DNA of 64,000 nt. Source: Candidatus Woesearchaeota archaeon. Lineage in GTDB: Archaea; Nanobdellota; Nanobdellia; Woesearchaeales; WJKL01. Below are positions 59,723-64,000 of the stretch, in pieces; the first letter of the stretch is position 1; each line of letters begins with the position of its first letter. The translations under genes and the position numbers were made by a program. The stretch covers positions 1,479-65,478 of the forward strand of contig WJJM01000039.1 of NCBI GenBank assembly GCA_014729675.1, read 5' to 3'. The notes below the pieces were generated by a model that did no database searches, had not been told where the DNA came from, and saw only the letters and a list, made by a program, of their open reading frames with translations.

Positions 59723-60894
59723 CTTAATGACCTGTATACTGAAAGAAGCTTTTTTGATGTGTTTTCTATAGAATGCGGCTTTACGTTCTTTTCTGCATTT
59801 TCTGACATTTTTCTCATCAGATCTTTGTCATCAAGAAGCTTTACTGCCTCTTTGCTGAACCTGTCTATAGATTCCGGCACTAAGATCCCGTCTTTGTTAT
59901 GGACAATCGTGTCTACAGATCCAGGCGCTTTTACTGCAATTGTGGGAAGGCCTGCTGCTTTTGCCTCAAGAAAGATTATGCCCTGGGTCTCTGTCTTTGA
60001 TGCAAAGACAAAAAGGTCTGCAGCAGCATAATAAGAAGGGATATCTTTATGAGGAACAGAGCCTGCAAGCATTACATTTTTCTTAAGGCTGTTCTTTTCT
60101 ATGAATTCTTTTACTTTTTCTTCCTCAGGACCGCAGCCGGCTATCAGGAGTTTTGTATCCGGAAGAGACTTGATCATCTTTTTGAAGGATTTTAGAAGGA
60201 AGAATATATTTTTTTCCAGGCCTATCCTGCCTACATAAAGAAGAAGATTCTCATCTTCTTTTACATTGTACTTTTTCCTTATCTTGTTTTTTTCCAGGCC
60301 TTGGAATTTTTTAATATCTATCCCTGTAGGGATTATTTCTATCCTTGTTTTTACCTTGTTCTTTAGGAGATATTTTTTTATAGATTCAGTAGGAGCTATC
60401 ACGCAGTCACATTTGCTGCAGTAATGCAGGCTTAGCTTTTTTGCTATGATAGAGGTTATGTCCTGATCAAAAGGAAGGTAATGGGCGTATTTTTCATATT
60501 GGGTGTGATATGTGAATACAAGGGGGATGTTGTATTTCTTTGCAAAATATTTTGCTGCATTTCCTATGATCCATGGATGGTGGGAATGGATTATGTCAAG
60601 ATCTAGTTTTTTTATTATCCCGGGAATCCTGTTGGACAGAACAGGGAAGGTAAGGCTCTTTATAGGATTGAATTCAGAATCTATCGATATATCAATTGAC
60701 TTATACCTATGTATCTTTTCTTCTTTTCTCTTCTTTTCTGCAGTGTAATAATGAGGTGCAAATATATGGACTTCCTGATCAAGAGCTTCAAGGCCTCTTT
60801 TGAATGAGTCTACGCTTACGACAACTCCGGTAAGTACAGGCCTGTAGGTGTTTGTGAACATTCCTATTTTCATATTGGGATGCTGTTTTTTCAT
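59719..60894 (-). CDS. Glycosyltransferase family 4 (GT-B fold)
   Basis: C-terminal ...SKTETQGIIFLEAKAAGLPTIAVKAPGSVDTIVHNKDGILV (E-x7-E region); 4-nt overlap with upstream paralog 2. Confidence 0.75.
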   Translation of the reverse strand: MKKQHPNMKIGMFTNTYRPVLTGVVVSVDSFKRGLEALDQEVHIFAPHYYTAEKKRKEEKIHRYKSIDISIDSEFNPIKSLTFPVLSNRIPGIIKKLDLDIIHSHHPWIIGNAAKYFAKKYNIPLVFTYHTQYEKYAHYLPFDQDITSIIAKKLSLHYCSKCDCVIAPTESIKKYLLKNKVKTRIEIIPTGIDIKKFQGLEKNKIRKKYNVKEDENLLLYVGRIGLEKNIFFLLKSFKKMIKSLPDTKLLIAGCGPEEEKVKEFIEKNSLKKNVMLAGSVPHKDIPSYYAAADLFVFASKTETQGIIFLEAKAAGLPTIAVKAPGSVDTIVHNKDGILVPESIDRFSKEAVKLLDDKDLMRKMSENAEKNVKPHSIENTSKKLLSVYRSLR

Positions 60895-60961
60895 GTTTAA
60901 TAAGTTTTCTTTTTGTTTCTAATCCAAAAATATTTAAACAGGTTTTGGCTGTTGTTTTTGT

Positions 60962-61447
60962 ATGGTGAATATTCCCAACCTGCTGACTGCCTTGAGGATT
61001 GCTTTTGCTCCTTTGGTACTTTACTTTATCCTTATCTCAAGGCAGTATCTTGCATCTGTCTTGTTTGTGGCAATTGTTCTTAGTGATGCTTTTGACGGCT
61101 ATATAGCCAGAAAATATAATCAAGGTTCCAGAGTAGGCAAGATACTTGATCCCATTTCAGACAAGCTGCTTTATGTTTTTGTTCTTTTAGGGGTACTCAT
61201 CAGGGAAAAGTATTTTTTATGGCTCTGGTTTTTTGGGATATTATCTTTAATGTTTATCGTAGGATATACTATCATATTAAGAAAAGGGATAAAATTTCCT
61301 ACAAGGCTTGGAAGAATATGCAATCTTGCAGAGGTCATACTTCTTGCACTGATGATACTTTCTGTCAATAAAGTTATTCTTGTGCTTTTTTCTTCTTTTA
61401 TACTTGTTTCAGCATTTAGCTATGCTTACACACTGATAAAGAAATAG
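60962..61447 (+). CDS. CDP-alcohol phosphatidyltransferase family protein (paralog 3)
   Basis: MVNIPNLLTALRIAFAPL N-terminus and DAFDGYIARKYNQGSRVGKILDPISD motif. Confidence 0.7.
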   Translation: MVNIPNLLTALRIAFAPLVLYFILISRQYLASVLFVAIVLSDAFDGYIARKYNQGSRVGKILDPISDKLLYVFVLLGVLIREKYFLWLWFFGILSLMFIVGYTIILRKGIKFPTRLGRICNLAEVILLALMILSVNKVILVLFSSFILVSAFSYAYTLIKK

Positions 61448-61866
61448 ACAAACAACGAGGATATTATTCCTATTATCGCTCCTACTAATACTTCCAGAGG
61501 CGTATGGCCGAGAGCATATTGCCTTTCAGGAATCTTAAGTTTTACAGACCTTATTATCCTGTTTATTGTTTTTCCTTCTTCTCCTGCTGTCCTTCTTACT
61601 CCCATAGCATCCCTTATGACTATAAGTGCAAGGACCAATGACAGGACAGAGAGATCTGTGATCCCTTCAGTGAGGAAGAGTATCAATACAAGTGAGACAA
61701 CAACTGAAGAATGAGAGCTTGGCATGCCTCCTGTGAGGAAGATGTCTTTTAGATGGACCTTTTGCTCTTTCTTTATTATCATAAGATGCATCTTTGCAAA
61801 TTGTGCAAGAGCCCAGGCTATAAATACAGAAAGAAATACCTTGTTAGCCAGGAGTTCTGCTATCAT
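61426..61866 (-). CDS. DUF212 / acid-phosphatase-vanadium-haloperoxidase-related membrane protein
   Basis: GGMPSSHSSVVVSL signature; 4 TM helices. Confidence 0.5.
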   Translation of the reverse strand: MIAELLANKVFLSVFIAWALAQFAKMHLMIIKKEQKVHLKDIFLTGGMPSSHSSVVVSLVLILFLTEGITDLSVLSLVLALIVIRDAMGVRRTAGEEGKTINRIIRSVKLKIPERQYALGHTPLEVLVGAIIGIISSLFVYFFISV

Positions 61867-61989
61867 GCTATATGTTTCTTTTTTGTCTTTTAATTATTTT
61901 GCTGACTATCAGATGATGGTTACAGATTGTTTGTTTAATTTTAAGGTAGGGGTTTCGATGATTCAACTTATTTTATTTGCATTACAAAA

Positions 61990-62158
61990 ATGATTCAATC
62001 TTAACCTATAAGCGGAAATTTTTCAAATTTCCGCAATATAGCGCGGAAGCAGAGCCGTAGAGTCTAAATAAGTTATCAAGCCAGAGCTAAACTTAAATCG
62101 TACTGGGGCTGTGCGCGAGCAGATGAAGCCTACGAGTGCCATAGATAGGATTGAAAGG
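61990..62158 (+). repeat. Copy D of dispersed GC-rich element family (5-prime block divergent)
   Basis: ...agccagagct..aaatcgtactggggctgtgcgcgagcag...cgagtgccatagataggattgaaagg; strong upstream hairpin GCGGAAATTT-TTCA-AATTTCCGC. Confidence 0.5.
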
Positions 62159-62314
62159 AAAATCTTGATCTACCTTTTTATTCAACAAAAATCAGCATCT
62201 GCCATGGACGGGATTGGAATTTAATCTGCTTAAGAAGGATATTTAACTATGGATCATGCTGTGCTCAATCTTTGAAAATGCCTAAATATAATGGGAAAAA
62301 TCTCTTTAAATATT

Positions 62315-63796
62315 TTATTTAAAAGGCTGGGCTTCTGTATTTCTTGATATGACTTTTGCTGGAACTCCTCCTGCAATTACATTTTTAGGTACATTTCCGA
62401 CCACAACAGATCTAATACTAATTTGAGAATTATCTCCAATATTACATCCCATTATTATTGATTCCGAGCCTATCTTACAATTATTTCCAACAATTATTTT
62501 CGTTGGATTACCGTTCAGATCATATGGTCTAAATATAACCCCGTCTCCTATTAAAGTCTTATCACCTATTTCTACTAATTCGGGATGTACTGCATCGATG
62601 TATACTCTTGGAGCAGAAGTTATATGGCCTTTAATCTTAACACCCAATAATTTATGAAGTCTATTCTTTAGATTAATTGCAGGCAACCGCTCAATAAAAG
62701 GCAGTCTCCCAATCAAAGGAATATCTTTGGGAACAGGATCATAAGGTATTATTTTACAAAGGCTCATTACCCAATGTACAAATTTATGAACCAATTTTTC
62801 ATAAGCTGTACCACTCATAGCTTTTTCTAGAAATTTTATGTATTGAGGATCAGCATTGTCATACACTTTTAATCTTTCTGGAATATTTCGTAAAACAACT
62901 GAATGTGATTTTACTCTAACATTTTTACCAATTTCAACAGGACCAACAAAGCAATTATCTTCAATAACAACTTCACTGTGAATTGTTAATGGTGCAAAAG
63001 CATACTTCTTAATGCTAAAATCATGTGTCCAGAGTTTGGTATTATTCCCAATAACCACATTATCTTCTATTCTTATTAATTCTGGATAAAAATAATCAAA
63101 TTGGACATTTTTTCCAATCGTAACATTGTCTCCAATGTAAACTCCTATAAGCCTTAGAAGATATATTCTTGTTTGAGTTGGTAAATTTTTACTGATCTCT
63201 ATCAATCCTGCCTTGTAGGCTGTTCTAAAAAATCCGCCTATATGATACCAGCTCCTTGAAGGGTGATCTGTTCCATGAAAGTATGTTAATAACCTTTTTT
63301 TACTAAACTTTTCAATATCTGCTTTTGCCAAAGCTTCTCCCCTTTCTGGCCTATGGCTTGTCGATATTTTTATATCAGGGTCAACACCATAAAATTCCAA
63401 TCTTTTTTTTATTTCAGACATAGTCTTTTTTTTCTTAATCTCAGTATCATGAAAACACTCGTAAACCTCAACAATAAGATTATTTAGAAAACTGATCTCG
63501 ATCTTGTTTAATTCAGAATAATTCTGTTCTTTCAACAATGATTTAATTTTTAATAAAAGAGCTTCTAATGTGTTAAAAGAATCTCTACACTCCCCTACAA
63601 GTAAATCTTTATGTTTTTGTAAACCAATAATTGTCTTAACTAATTTATTAATTCTTGTGTTTGTTTCCTTCTTGAACCAGACATCCTTCTCTTTTGGAAA
63701 AACGTTTCTTCTTAATCTGTACAATAATCGATGAAAAAAGTATTTCTGGAACATCAGTATTAAATAATTTACTTGATATATAAATCTAACTATCAC
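62315..63796 (-). CDS. Two-domain protein: N-terminal unknown domain + C-terminal left-handed beta-helix (hexapeptide-repeat) acyl/acetyltransferase
   Basis: Repeated [LIV]GxxxxI hexapeptides in last about 170 aa (IGDNVTIGKNVQF..., IGDNSQISIRSVVVGNVPKNVIAGGVPAKVI). Confidence 0.6.
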   Translation of the reverse strand: MIVRFIYQVNYLILMFQKYFFHRLLYRLRRNVFPKEKDVWFKKETNTRINKLVKTIIGLQKHKDLLVGECRDSFNTLEALLLKIKSLLKEQNYSELNKIEISFLNNLIVEVYECFHDTEIKKKKTMSEIKKRLEFYGVDPDIKISTSHRPERGEALAKADIEKFSKKRLLTYFHGTDHPSRSWYHIGGFFRTAYKAGLIEISKNLPTQTRIYLLRLIGVYIGDNVTIGKNVQFDYFYPELIRIEDNVVIGNNTKLWTHDFSIKKYAFAPLTIHSEVVIEDNCFVGPVEIGKNVRVKSHSVVLRNIPERLKVYDNADPQYIKFLEKAMSGTAYEKLVHKFVHWVMSLCKIIPYDPVPKDIPLIGRLPFIERLPAINLKNRLHKLLGVKIKGHITSAPRVYIDAVHPELVEIGDKTLIGDGVIFRPYDLNGNPTKIIVGNNCKIGSESIIMGCNIGDNSQISIRSVVVGNVPKNVIAGGVPAKVISRNTEAQPFK

Positions 63797-64000
63797 TTAA
63801 GGCCCAGCCTATTTGCTTAATCAGAGATTTTGCTTTTATTCTTTTTCTTTATTGTGCTTCACACTTGATAGAACGGTATTTTCAAAAACTCTTCGGATGA
63901 AGTTTGACTGTGTTTCGTATGGTCAAAGAGTGTAACAGGAATTCCGATGTTATATTGAAAAATCCTAAACGACACATTTATATAGAGAATCGACAATTTT

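Overview
AT-rich archaeal window (about one-third GC), most likely from a small-genome DPANN-like archaeon. The archaeal assignment rests on the uS15/S13e ribosomal protein with an N-terminal extension, diphthine synthase, a KYDGxR ATP-dependent DNA ligase, XPD and Hel308 helicases, FtsZ, four intron-containing tRNAs, and class-III-signal prepilins. Recognisable content: a PEF-CTERM / candidate archaeosortase surface-protein system that includes a 1990-aa protein; short AlaRS; a three-gene [FeFe]-hydrogenase operon; a DNA-repair cluster (XPD, DHH/RecJ-like, wHTH); a complete Tad/Aap-like type IV pilus locus with four paralogous pilins, a FlaI ATPase and a split FlaJ; DAHP synthase with dphB; ftsZ; DNA ligase; nitroreductase; an AsnB-Dph6 fusion; an HD-GYP protein; purA with guaB; an N-terminally truncated Hel308; Ig-like repeat surface proteins; and a polar-lipid head-group cluster with three CDP-alcohol phosphatidyltransferase paralogs plus a GT4. 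The most unusual finding is a dispersed family of GC-rich, apparently structured, non-coding elements of about 170-220 nt. Five copies lie in intergenic regions (about 10.2, 18.1, 41.3, 53.0 and 62.1 kb). One copy carries a perfect 3 x 47-bp tandem array and abuts the truncated helicase. A second conserved element of about 125 nt flanks each of two tRNA-Gln genes. All calls are from reading the sequence and ORF translations only. No database searches were run.
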